Shown here one piece after another: positions 1 to 9,186 of a stretch of DNA of 64,000 nt; positions within the stretch are counted from its first letter, which is position 1; every line of letters starts with the position of its first letter. This DNA comes from Chloroflexota bacterium (lineage in GTDB: Bacteria > Chloroflexota > UBA11872): NCBI GenBank assembly GCA_965207185.1, contig OZ242271.1, positions 1,102,904-1,166,903 of the forward strand. Direction: 5' to 3'. Made by a program: the position numbers and the translations under genes. The notes beneath the pieces are model-generated. The model saw only the letters and a program-made list of their open reading frames with translations. It was not told the DNA's origin and made no database searches.

Positions 1-505
1 GGGCTACGTGGACAAGCTGCTGCTGTCGCCGGTGAACCGCTTTTCGATCCTGCTGGGCACGCTGCTGATCGGCGGCACCAGGGCCATGGCGCAAGTCGTG
101 GCGATCATCCTGGTGGCCGCGGCCATCGGGGTGCGTTTCGAAGGTGGATTCCTCGGCATCCTGGGCATCATCGTGGGCGCCACGCTGCTGGGCGTGGCGA
201 TGGGCTGCGTGGGCCTGATCGTGGCCATGCGCACCCGCAGCGTGCAGGTGACGGTCAACAGCTGGCTGCTCTTCATGCCGCTGGCGTTTCTGACCTCGGC
301 CTTCATGCCGCGCGACTTGCTGACCGGCTGGTTCCAGGTGGCCGTGGGCCTGAACCCCATCGAGTACATCATGGTGGCCGTGCGCGCCGTGATCATCGAA
401 GGCTGGGTCTGGGACAGCATCCTGCCGGGTATCTGGGTCTTGCTGGCCACGACTGCGGTCCTAGTGGGTGCGGCGACCTACGAGTACCGGCGGGCGACGA
501 ATTGA
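1..505 (+). CDS. ABC-2 type transporter permease (5'-truncated by window edge)
   Basis: The frame is open from the window start (GYVDKLLLSPV). It is multi-TM, and 'FLTSAFMP...LNPIEY' is typical of ABC-2 membrane domains. Confidence 0.85.
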   Translation, partial: GYVDKLLLSPVNRFSILLGTLLIGGTRAMAQVVAIILVAAAIGVRFEGGFLGILGIIVGATLLGVAMGCVGLIVAMRTRSVQVTVNSWLLFMPLAFLTSAFMPRDLLTGWFQVAVGLNPIEYIMVAVRAVIIEGWVWDSILPGIWVLLATTAVLVGAATYEYRRATN

Positions 506-561
506 GGATTTGCCCTCGATATCCGAGTCTCAGGGACCGACTCTGGCCGGAGACTGAACCT

Positions 562-888
562 TCAGGCACTCAGCAGACGCCGTTGGAGCAATGTCCGCAT
601 GTCGCGTCGCCCATCAGCGACGAGATAAACGTCTACGGTTCGATCCGTCACTCGGTAGACGATGCGGTAGGGCTTGAAGAAGATCTCCCGATACTCGCGA
701 ATCCCGACGTCCAATAGTTCCTTTGGAAAACCACCTCGGTGTGGGTACTCGGACAGGCCGCTCAACGTCTGTTCGATCTGCTCGAGCACATGCTCTGCTG
801 CGGCTGGTGAGCGGTACCGGCGGATGTAGTCGCAGATGTCTTCCAAATCGCGCACCGCGTCATCGGTCAATTGAACCCCGAAGGACAT
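562..888 (-). CDS. Type II TA toxin, RelE/ParE family
   Basis: 'VQLTDDAVRDLEDICDYI...LSEYPHRG...YRIVYRV...VADGRRD' is the ParE signature. It overlaps the antitoxin stop by 1 nt. Confidence 0.9.
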   Translation of the reverse strand: MSFGVQLTDDAVRDLEDICDYIRRYRSPAAAEHVLEQIEQTLSGLSEYPHRGGFPKELLDVGIREYREIFFKPYRIVYRVTDRTVDVYLVADGRRDMRTLLQRRLLSA

Positions 889-1163
889 CAGCCCGTCGTT
901 AGTCGCTCACGCAGTCTGGCCATGACATCGGCGGCAGGCTGCACTCGACCCGCGGCGATCTGCCGGTTGCCCAAGGCCAGAATCTTGAGAAGCGCCAGCG
1001 TCTCCTGCGTTTCCTCATAGGCGTCAATGTCCTGTAGGACCGCCTTGGCCTCGCCGTTCTGTGTAATGACCAGCGGCTCCGGCTGTTCGTCAAGCGTTCG
1101 AATAATCTCGGCGGCATGGGCCTTGACGTAGCTGATCGGCCTGATCCGAGCTGAAAGTCTCAC
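888..1163 (-). CDS. Type II TA antitoxin, Phd/YefM family
   Basis: 'IRPISYVKAHAAEII...PLVITQNGEAKAVLQDI' is the Phd/YefM pattern. GTG at 1163 lies 6 nt after AGGAGG. Confidence 0.9.
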   Translation of the reverse strand: MRLSARIRPISYVKAHAAEIIRTLDEQPEPLVITQNGEAKAVLQDIDAYEETQETLALLKILALGNRQIAAGRVQPAADVMARLRERLTTG

Positions 1164-1282
1164 GTGCAACCTCCTATTTTCGGACTAAATATAGACCATC
1201 AATAGGTCGAAGGAGCCCGCATGGGCCTAAGCTCGACCAGGGTGCGAGCCGTCACCAGGCGTCGAACGCTCGAAGTGAAGCG

Positions 1283-2452
1283 CTACACCCCACCCAAGCG
1301 CACGATCTGGGTTTGGCCGCTGTCGGAGGCGCGGCGCGCCGCCCAGGCGGTTTCGTGCATCCAGAGGGCGTCGTCCGCGCTGACGGGTGGTTCGCCGTTG
1401 CCCAGGCAGGCCTGGAAGAACTCGTGCTTGAACTGGTCGAACCCGCCGCTCACGCCGATATCGGTGAAGCTGAGCCGGCGTTGCGGCGCCGTGATCCCGG
1501 TGCCTTCGCGCGTGAACCATTCGAAGCCGTCGTCGGCTTCCGGGCTGAATCGTAGCCAGCCGCGGCTGCCCCAGATTTGCAGGCCGTCGTGCTTCTGGGA
1601 CGACGGTGTCATGAACCCGCCGCTGAAAGTGCCGACCATGCCGTTGTCGAACCGCAGGCTAATGGCGTAGGCGTCCTCGGCGTTGATCGGTTCGCCGCCC
1701 ACGTTGTCGGCGAATCCCGCCACCTGGCGCACGTTGGCGCCGGTGATGTAGCGCATCAGGTCCAGGTAGTGGCAGCCCAGGAAAATCAGGTGCCCGCCGC
1801 CGCGGTCGCGGTCGTACATCCAGCCGTCGGCCAGTTCTTCCCACAGCCAGGTGCGCGGGTGTTCGGCCACGTAGTGCACCTGCATGCCGAACAGCCGCCC
1901 CAGCGCGCCGCTCTGCACCACCTGGCGGGCTTCGCGGACGGCGGCCAGGCCGCGCATGTTGAAGGCGACGCAGAGGTGGGCGGACGAGCGGTTGGCCACT
2001 TCGACAACGCGACGGTAGTCCTCAATGCGTCCGCAGGCGGGCTTCTCGTGAAACACGTGAACGCCGGCTTCCAGGCAGTCGATCAGCACCGGCGGCATCT
2101 TGCGCGGCTCCATGGTCACCAGCACCGCGTCCGGCTTGTATTCGTCCAGCAGCTGGCGATGGTCGGTGAAGCTGGCGACCAGCTTGTCGCCCAGGATGGC
2201 CGCGGTATTGACCTCGCGTCCGTACTTGGTCCAGCCCGGCGGCGGCCCGGAGCCCGGCTCGTGCGCGCGAGCCTGCCAGTGCGGATCGGGCGAGGATCCG
2301 GTGATGGGTCGAAAGACGCCGGCGACCTGCCCCGTGGCGTCCGCAACGGCGACCTCGCCGACTTCGGGATGCTCGGCGCAAACCTTGATCAGGCCGTCCA
2401 GGTGCCAGCCGGCGGGCTCGGCAATCAGGCCAACGCGGAGCGTGTCAGACAT
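1283..2452 (-). CDS. Gfo/Idh/MocA family oxidoreductase
   Basis: 'AGVHVFHEKP', 'GALGRL', 'GGGHLIFLGCHYLDL' motifs. Confidence 0.88.
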   Translation of the reverse strand: MSDTLRVGLIAEPAGWHLDGLIKVCAEHPEVGEVAVADATGQVAGVFRPITGSSPDPHWQARAHEPGSGPPPGWTKYGREVNTAAILGDKLVASFTDHRQLLDEYKPDAVLVTMEPRKMPPVLIDCLEAGVHVFHEKPACGRIEDYRRVVEVANRSSAHLCVAFNMRGLAAVREARQVVQSGALGRLFGMQVHYVAEHPRTWLWEELADGWMYDRDRGGGHLIFLGCHYLDLMRYITGANVRQVAGFADNVGGEPINAEDAYAISLRFDNGMVGTFSGGFMTPSSQKHDGLQIWGSRGWLRFSPEADDGFEWFTREGTGITAPQRRLSFTDIGVSGGFDQFKHEFFQACLGNGEPPVSADDALWMHETAWAARRASDSGQTQIVRLGGV

Positions 2453-2528
2453 AGTGGAATCTCAGGTGTGGCGGTGAGCCCGGATTGTAGGTTGTCGGAA
2501 GCGGCCGCCGCTTGCGGCGAACCCTCGT

Positions 2529-3872
2529 CTACTGCGAGGCGGCGACCCGTGACCTGCCCCGGCGCCGGTTGCGACGACGCGGCCTTTCAGGCTCACCGTT
2601 GGCCGCCGGAGTCCGCTCGCGGTCTACCGGCGGCCGGCTGGCGCCGCGACTGGCGCTCAGACTCTCGCCGGGCAGCACCTTGAATCCGCCCGCGCCGACT
2701 GTGGCGGCGGCGGCAAGGTCGCGGGCACTATGGCCATTGGTTGCGCCGTTCTCGCCCTGGATGTCGCGCCAGGTGCGTCGGACCAGCTTGCCGCCCAAGG
2801 CACGTTCGATGGCACTCAAGGCGCCCAGGTCCGCGCCGCTGACCAGTGTGATCGAGCGGCCGAGGCCGCCCATGCGTCCCGTTCGTCCGGTGCGGTGGGT
2901 GAAGAGGTTCGGGTCGTCGGGCACGTCGTAGTTGATCACTTGTCCCAGGCCGGCGATGTCCAGCCCGCGCGCGGCCACGTTGGTGGCTACCAGCACGTCA
3001 ATGTGTGAACTGCGCAGACGTTCGATCACGCGGCTGCGTGCGTTCTGCGCCATGGCGCCCTGGATCGAGTCGACCCGTATGCCCGTGCTCTTTAGCCGCG
3101 CGCCCAACCGCCGCACCTGGTGGCGGGTTCGACCGAAGACGATCGTGGGCGTGCCGCGAGTCTCGTCCAGGATGTGCTGCACCGCTGCCAGGCGCTCGAC
3201 CTCCGGCACGATCCAGACTTCGTGGTCGATGTCGGGCCGGTCCTCGGGATCCGTGTCCAGTTCGATCCACTTCGGATTGCTGAGCTGGCGCTTGGCAATG
3301 CGCTGAACCCACTCGGGAACGGTGGCCGAGAATAGCGAGGTCTGCCGGTCAGCCGGTGTATGGCGCAGGATGGCTTCCACCTGAGGCGCCATGCCGATGT
3401 CGAACATGAGGTCGGCTTCATCCAGAACCACAACGTTGATGGACTGGGTGCCGAAGCTGCCGCTCTCGATCAGGTCCAGCGCCCGGCCCGGCGTGGCCAC
3501 CACGATCTGCGCGCCGGCGTCCAGCGCCTTGCGCTGCGGACCGTAGCTGACGCCCCCCAGGATTCGAACCACGCGCGCGCCCAGGCGGGCGGCCAGCGGC
3601 TCGGTCACGGACGCGATCTGCTCCACTAGTTCACGCGTGGGTCCCAATACAAGGGCCTGCTGCTCACGGCGACCGGCATCAATGCGATCCAGCAGCGGTA
3701 GCACGTAGGCCAGCGTCTTGCCGGAACCGGTGCGGGCCTGGCCCACGACGTCACGTCCGTCCAGCAGGAGGGGGATGCAGGCGTCTTGAATGGGTGTGGG
3801 ATCGGTTATGGATTCAGATGCAAGGTCGTCGGCGAGGTCTTGGCGAACTCCGAGGTCAATGAAACTAGCGAT
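2529..3872 (-). CDS. DEAD-box RNA helicase (probable ATC start at 3872; ORF track extends to 3965)
   Basis: Q motif (F..LG...PTPIQ), Walker A ARTGSGKT, PTRELV, DEAD, SAT, HRTGRTGR and a basic C-terminal tail. Confidence 0.93.
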   Translation of the reverse strand: MASFIDLGVRQDLADDLASESITDPTPIQDACIPLLLDGRDVVGQARTGSGKTLAYVLPLLDRIDAGRREQQALVLGPTRELVEQIASVTEPLAARLGARVVRILGGVSYGPQRKALDAGAQIVVATPGRALDLIESGSFGTQSINVVVLDEADLMFDIGMAPQVEAILRHTPADRQTSLFSATVPEWVQRIAKRQLSNPKWIELDTDPEDRPDIDHEVWIVPEVERLAAVQHILDETRGTPTIVFGRTRHQVRRLGARLKSTGIRVDSIQGAMAQNARSRVIERLRSSHIDVLVATNVAARGLDIAGLGQVINYDVPDDPNLFTHRTGRTGRMGGLGRSITLVSGADLGALSAIERALGGKLVRRTWRDIQGENGATNGHSARDLAAAATVGAGGFKVLPGESLSASRGASRPPVDRERTPAANGEPERPRRRNRRRGRSRVAASQ

Positions 3873-4060
3873 GGGGAATGCTCCCTGGATCAGGCACGCA
3901 AGCTCAACATAGCGATAGGCGCGCAGTTTCCGATGTTCGCGCGCACTCGTTTTTCTTCTGCGCACGATGACTGGTTATGTTTCAACCATACCCTAAAGCC
4001 GACGCCCCTGGGCCGGTTTAGATAAAGGGACTCAAGCAACGGCCAACGGATTGCTAACCG

Positions 4061-4954
4061 CTACCCCTCGTCCGTCCAGACTTCCTGGAGGGCGAACCAG
4101 CTGGGGTAGGCCCGCCGGATCAGGACGGTCAACGCGTCGGCCATGCGCTGTACGCCAATGGCAACGCCCTCGGCGTTGGGTTTGAGATCCGCGAGTTCGA
4201 CCTCGTCCAGGAACTCGACAAAGACCGTGCCGTCGGGCTGGCGTTCGATGGCCGTTGGCAGCAACGGCGCGCCGTTGCGCAGGGCCAGCCAGACCGGACC
4301 GACCGGCAGGCGGGCCGACCGGCCGCACAGCTGCACGTCCACCCCCGGTCCCGCCACCGCCCGGTCGGCGACGAGCCCAATGATGTCGCCTTGCCGCAGG
4401 GCACGGAGCAAGGGACGGGCCGCGTTCATCGGGTCGTAAAGCCGCGTGCCGGCGCCGCGCCTGACCCGATTCGTCAGCAGGCCCAGCCACGGCGGCTCCA
4501 CCGACTCGCCGGCGCTGTGGAAGGCGCCGTAGCGGCGGGCGCATTCCGAGGCGGCCAGGTCCCAATTCCCTGCGTGGATGCCAAACAGCACCACGCCGTT
4601 TCCCTGCCGCTTGGCCTGCCGCAACGTCGTCTCGTCAACCACCAGCCGGCGTCGGCGTCCCCACAGGTCGGGCCAGTGCATGGTGAAGAATTCAGCCAGG
4701 TACTGCCCATACGCCGCGTAAACGCCCTCGGCCAGCGACTCGATCTGCGACTCCGGCGCATCGGCTCCGACCACCACGCGCAAATTCGCGCGCAGCCGGT
4801 CGGCGCGGGCGCCCGCGCGGCGATAGGCCAACCGGCCAATCCGCCCGGCCCCGGCGTCGATTAATCCCGCCGGAATCAGCGCCACCAGGCCAGTCGCCAG
4901 CAGCGCCAGACCGTAGAGCGTTCTGTCCCGAAGCGATTGCACGCGGTCAATCAT
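4061..4954 (-). CDS. Lysophospholipid/lipid acyltransferase (HtrB/LpxL-PatA-like family)
   Basis: H-x4-D motif 'HAGNWD', 'LVADR', 'PVGPVWLALRNGAPLLP', C-terminal 'PSWF...W'. Confidence 0.8.
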   Translation of the reverse strand: MIDRVQSLRDRTLYGLALLATGLVALIPAGLIDAGAGRIGRLAYRRAGARADRLRANLRVVVGADAPESQIESLAEGVYAAYGQYLAEFFTMHWPDLWGRRRRLVVDETTLRQAKRQGNGVVLFGIHAGNWDLAASECARRYGAFHSAGESVEPPWLGLLTNRVRRGAGTRLYDPMNAARPLLRALRQGDIIGLVADRAVAGPGVDVQLCGRSARLPVGPVWLALRNGAPLLPTAIERQPDGTVFVEFLDEVELADLKPNAEGVAIGVQRMADALTVLIRRAYPSWFALQEVWTDEG

Positions 4955-5042
4955 CGGCGGGATTCTGCTCGGCCGCAGACCAATGTTCGCCGTCCCCGCA
5001 GGTTCCGAAGGTTGGGCCTTCCGATTCCCGAGTGCCGGGCAA

Positions 5043-5468
5043 CTACGACCAGGCGGCGAGCAAACCGGTCATCAGCACTACGCCGACGAGGTGGTAGGCG
5101 TTGTTGAAGGCCCACAGGCGCACGCCGCGCCCAGCGAACAGGTATACGCCCAGGCTGGTCGTGGCGATCACGCCGACCAGGAGCCAGATGCCCAGCACCA
5201 CGCCGTCTCCGAATCCGGCCGCGCCGGTCATCTTGACCAGCAGCGCCAGGACGTAGGACTGCACCAGGGCGCTCAGCAGCATCAGGCCCATCAAGGGTCC
5301 CTGCCCGTCACCTCCCTCGCGAATCTCTTCCGCGGTCATGCCGATCAGCCGCAGCCAGATGTCACCCAGCCCAAACTTTGGGGCGTACCACCACATGCCA
5401 AGCACCATGGGGATCAGCGCCGCCACGATGACGGCTACGTAGTTGAGTTCGCCAGTCCAGAGCGTCAT
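5043..5468 (-). CDS. DUF1761-like 4-TM membrane protein
   Basis: 'NYVAVIVAAL...LGMWWY...GDIW' and 'NNAYHLV' pattern. ATG at 5468 follows GGAGG. Confidence 0.75.
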   Translation of the reverse strand: MTLWTGELNYVAVIVAALIPMVLGMWWYAPKFGLGDIWLRLIGMTAEEIREGGDGQGPLMGLMLLSALVQSYVLALLVKMTGAAGFGDGVVLGIWLLVGVIATTSLGVYLFAGRGVRLWAFNNAYHLVGVVLMTGLLAAWS

Positions 5469-5725
5469 GTCGATCTGCCTTTCCTCCCACGCGGTGGGCG
5501 CGCTGCTGGTCAAGGTTTAGTCCGCACCCAAGCCAGGCGTCAAGCGGCGACGGCGCTTGCCTCCTCTTGGGCGGTCGCAATTGGCACAAGAGCGCGACCC
5601 AGCACACGGCCTTAGTATCCTGTCGACCAGTCCGACGCGTGCTCAGGCGGCGTGCGGACGCGACGTAGATTCACCACGAGCCGCAGCTAACGGGCGGGGC
5701 GCAGCTCTTCCCGAAAGGTCGTGGT

Positions 5726-7108
5726 GTGGAGCCTCGCTGGCTGACATCCATCGTTGTGCGTTGGTGGTGGGTGCTGCTGCTCGGCCTGGCCGCCGGCGGT
5801 TCCGCGGCCTGGGGCGTCTCCAAGCTGGTCAGCCCTACCTACCGCGCCGCGGCCACCATCGTCGTCAACCAGTCGGCCGCGCCTGGGACGGTCACCTATA
5901 GCGACGCGCTCCTAAGCCAGCAACTCGTCAAGACCTATGCCCGCATGGCCACGCAGCGGGTTGTGCTGGAGCAAGTCGCCCAGGACCTCCAGCTGGCCAT
6001 CGATCTCAGTGATCTGGATGACCTGGTTGCCGGCCTGGCCATCGCGCAAACCCAACTGCTGGAGATCCGGGCCGAGACCCCGGATCCAGCATTTGCGCGC
6101 GACCTGGCAAACGCAGTTGCCCAAGTATTCATCGAACAGCAGCAACCATTCCTCCCGACCGGACGCGGCGACCAGACCCTGCGGATCGCGCAGCCGGCGA
6201 CCCTGCCAAAGTTCCCCATCGCGCCGCGCGTAATCCTCAACACACTGATCGGCGCCTTCGCAGGCCTGCTGGCCGCCGCGGCAATCGCGGCCTTCCTCGA
6301 ATACCGCGACGACACCATCAAGTCCCCGGACGACCTCCAGCACCTGGGGCTCGCTTCGCTCGGCGTCGTCGGCATGCTGACGAAGGCCCGGAACGGCCCG
6401 CCGGCGGCTGGCCGTCTGTCGCCACCCGACGCGGAGGCGTACCGGAAGATCCGAACCGGCATCGACCTCTGGGGTCTGCAACAACCCATGCGCCTGCTGG
6501 TCACCAGCGCCAGTCAGGCCGAAGGTAAATCCACGACCGCGGCCAATCTCGCCGTCGCCTTCGGGCAGACCGATCGGCGGGTAATTCTGGTAGACGCCGA
6601 CCTGCGGCGACCGCATCTGCACCGGCTGTTCGACCTGCGGAACACCCGCGGCCTCACCAGTCTGCTGGTGAATCATGAGGCCGACGCCTCGGCCGCGCCG
6701 CGCCCGACTGCCTTCAAGAACGTCTCGCTGGTGCCGGCCGGCGCCTCGCCGGCGAACGCCGCCGAACTCCTGGCCTCCCCACGAATGCGCGACGTCCTCC
6801 GGGAACTCTCGGGCTTGGGCGACCTCGTCATCGTGGACAGCCCGCCGGTACTCGGCGTGTCGGACCCGGTCATCCTGGCGTCCGCCGGCGGCGCCGCGCT
6901 GCTGGTCGCCCAGGCCGGCGTGACGCGGCCTCAGCGTCTGCTGCGGGCGCGCGACGCGTTGCTGAGCGCCAACGTCGTGCTCCTGGGCGCGGTGATCAAC
7001 GGCGCGCAGCCGCGCATAACCGCGGAGTACTACGGGGACTACACGTACGGCGAAAGCGGGCGCGTGTCGACCGGCGCCGCGGCCATGGATCCGTCGGAGC
7101 GTGCCTGA
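5726..7108 (+). CDS. Polysaccharide co-polymerase / BY tyrosine kinase fusion (CpsC-CpsD/Wzc-like)
   Basis: N-terminal Wzz-like region with 2 TMs, Walker A 'EGKSTT', 'DADLRRP', 'IVDSPP', C-terminal Tyr cluster 'EYYGDYTY'. Confidence 0.9.
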   Translation: MEPRWLTSIVVRWWWVLLLGLAAGGSAAWGVSKLVSPTYRAAATIVVNQSAAPGTVTYSDALLSQQLVKTYARMATQRVVLEQVAQDLQLAIDLSDLDDLVAGLAIAQTQLLEIRAETPDPAFARDLANAVAQVFIEQQQPFLPTGRGDQTLRIAQPATLPKFPIAPRVILNTLIGAFAGLLAAAAIAAFLEYRDDTIKSPDDLQHLGLASLGVVGMLTKARNGPPAAGRLSPPDAEAYRKIRTGIDLWGLQQPMRLLVTSASQAEGKSTTAANLAVAFGQTDRRVILVDADLRRPHLHRLFDLRNTRGLTSLLVNHEADASAAPRPTAFKNVSLVPAGASPANAAELLASPRMRDVLRELSGLGDLVIVDSPPVLGVSDPVILASAGGAALLVAQAGVTRPQRLLRARDALLSANVVLLGAVINGAQPRITAEYYGDYTYGESGRVSTGAAAMDPSERA

Positions 7109-8258
7109 GTCCCGGACACCACGCGCGAAAGTCGCACCGGCCCTGGCCTTGCTGCTGGCGGGCGCGCTCCTCGGCTTCACGGCTCGCTGTGGACTCTCCG
7201 CCTTGTTCGTCAATGCCGGAAACCTGGCCGTGCTACATGGGGCGCACCAATTGGCCGCTTCCTCGTTCGAGGCGGCGGCCGCTGTCGACCCGGGGAGCGA
7301 CGCCGCCAGCAACTTCCGGCTGTCGCAAGCGCTGGTTCGCAGCGACTACGACACGGCGGCCGACGAATTGGTGGAGCTCCGCTCGCTCGGGGGTAGGCCG
7401 CGTGGCGCTGCCGGCGCCTCGAGCGTCCTGCTGCACCTGGAAGCGATCCTGGCCCGGAGGACTGGCGACTCAGCGCGCGCGCTGGCGCTCATTCGCGAGT
7501 CGGTCGCACGGGCCGGCGTCAATGCGCCGGACGCCGCGCTGCGGCTCGTGGACGAGCTGTCGCAGGAGGCGTCCGCCCGGCCCTACGAGCACGCGGCGGC
7601 GACGGTTGTGCTTCCGGTCGACAAACGCCGCGACAGCTGCGGCGATGGCCGACGCCTGGCCTCGGTTCGGCTCTGGCGCAACGACATTGCCGCGGGCGGG
7701 ACCGTTCGCGCGGAGCTGCACTGGCGGGACGCCGCCGGCCGCCCCACCGGAAGCGAATCGCGACGCGTCCGCAACCTGGTACCCAACGGCGTGTTCACCT
7801 GGGGCGCGACCAGTGAAAGCCTGCCGCTGGGCTACGCACCCCATCCGCTGCCGCCGGCCGAAGCGAACACCCCGTCCGGTGACGTGTACCTCGGGTTCGC
7901 GGACCTGGACGGCCGGCCGGTGTCAGCCCTGGTCATGGACAACCTGAACGGGCCGTTGCGGACATCTCGTCTGCGCAGCGAGTGGATTCCGGCGGCGCCC
8001 GGCGCCTGTTACCTGTTCGCCAGCGAGGTCTGGGTCGGCGGCGGCCAGCCGCACTTTGGGGTCTATCTACGCGCGCCGGGGCGGGCCGACAGCGCGGTCT
8101 TCGGTCTGCAGGGAGGCCTGGCCGATGGCTGGTGGCGCCAAGCGCGGTTGATGCGGCTTCCAGCCGACCTGAACTCAGTACAAGTCTTTTTCTGGAACCT
8201 CCGCAGTACTGGAGCGACGGCGTTCTCGATGGCGTTTGTCGCACGGATCGATGGCTGA
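7101..8258 (+). CDS. Hypothetical membrane-anchored protein (TPR-like helices plus possible carbohydrate-binding beta domain)
   Basis: Overlaps both neighbours. It has an N-terminal TM, an Ala-rich helical part, and 'RNLVPNGVF' resembling the start of CBM4/9-type domains. Confidence 0.6.
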   Translation: MPESRTPRAKVAPALALLLAGALLGFTARCGLSALFVNAGNLAVLHGAHQLAASSFEAAAAVDPGSDAASNFRLSQALVRSDYDTAADELVELRSLGGRPRGAAGASSVLLHLEAILARRTGDSARALALIRESVARAGVNAPDAALRLVDELSQEASARPYEHAAATVVLPVDKRRDSCGDGRRLASVRLWRNDIAAGGTVRAELHWRDAAGRPTGSESRRVRNLVPNGVFTWGATSESLPLGYAPHPLPPAEANTPSGDVYLGFADLDGRPVSALVMDNLNGPLRTSRLRSEWIPAAPGACYLFASEVWVGGGQPHFGVYLRAPGRADSAVFGLQGGLADGWWRQARLMRLPADLNSVQVFFWNLRSTGATAFSMAFVARIDG

Positions 8259-9186
8259 CGCCGACCGCGGTCGCAATCCGCTGGTCTCGTTCGTTGTGCC
8301 CGCCTACAACGAGGCCCACCGCGTCCCGGCCATCCTCGACTCGATACGCAGGCAGACGCACCCGCACTGTCAGCTCGTATTCGTGGACGACGGATCAGTC
8401 GACGGCACGCTTGACCGTGTGACTCGTTTGGCCGAGACCCTTCCCTTCCGCGCGGCGCGCCATCCGTTCCCGCGTGGCGTCGCCGCCGCCCGCAACAGCG
8501 GGGCGCAGATTGCGGCGGGCGAGATCCTGGTGTTCCTGGACGCCGACCTGACGCTGCCTGGTGACTTTGCGGCTCGCATCCGTGAGCACTACGTCGCCGG
8601 GGCCGACTACGTGCTGGTCGGATCGCGGGTGGCCGACCGCACGCGGGCAGCGTCGCGCTACCTGCAGAGCGAACATGAACTGGCCATGTCTGAGCCCGAG
8701 CCACAGCGCAGTTCGCAAGCATTCTCGGTTCGCGCGCAGGTATTCCAGGCGCTGGGCGCGTTTCGGGAGGACTTGCCGCGGGGCGACGACTCCGAGTTCG
8801 GTGAACGCGTGATGGCGGCCGGCCTTCGGCGAGTCGAGGACCTGACCATCGAAGTCCTGCACGACCGCCCGCAAACCTGGGGCGCATTCCTGGCCCTGCA
8901 GCGCCGCCGCGGACGAAACTTCGCCTACACCCGCCGCAACCGGCTGGGCCACGGCGTGGCTCACCTGCTGGCGGCGGCGCTGGCGCGAACGTTGCTGACA
9001 GGCGTGGAGATCGCCACGCTCGCGACTCCGCTGCACCGAGCCGGTAGCCTGGCCGCCCGTTCGCCGCGCGGACGTGCCGACCTCGCCAGCTTCGTACTGC
9101 TGGACGCCTCCGCTCGCGCAGCTCGAGCCGTGGGCGTGTGGCAGGGCGTACGCGAGGTTCTGACCGGTACCTACAGCCCGCGCTGA
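8251..9186 (+). CDS. Glycosyltransferase family 2
   Basis: 'VSFVVPAYNE', 'VDDGSVD', 'AARNSG', 'FLDAD', 'GDDSEF'. Confidence 0.92.
   Translation: MADADRGRNPLVSFVVPAYNEAHRVPAILDSIRRQTHPHCQLVFVDDGSVDGTLDRVTRLAETLPFRAARHPFPRGVAAARNSGAQIAAGEILVFLDADLTLPGDFAARIREHYVAGADYVLVGSRVADRTRAASRYLQSEHELAMSEPEPQRSSQAFSVRAQVFQALGAFREDLPRGDDSEFGERVMAAGLRRVEDLTIEVLHDRPQTWGAFLALQRRRGRNFAYTRRNRLGHGVAHLLAAALARTLLTGVEIATLATPLHRAGSLAARSPRGRADLASFVLLDASARAARAVGVWQGVREVLTGTYSPR

Noticed and set aside
2040-2055. Second parS-like sequence GGCTTCTCGTGAAACA
   Set aside because: Three mismatches, and it lies inside a CDS where it encodes the conserved FHEKP motif.
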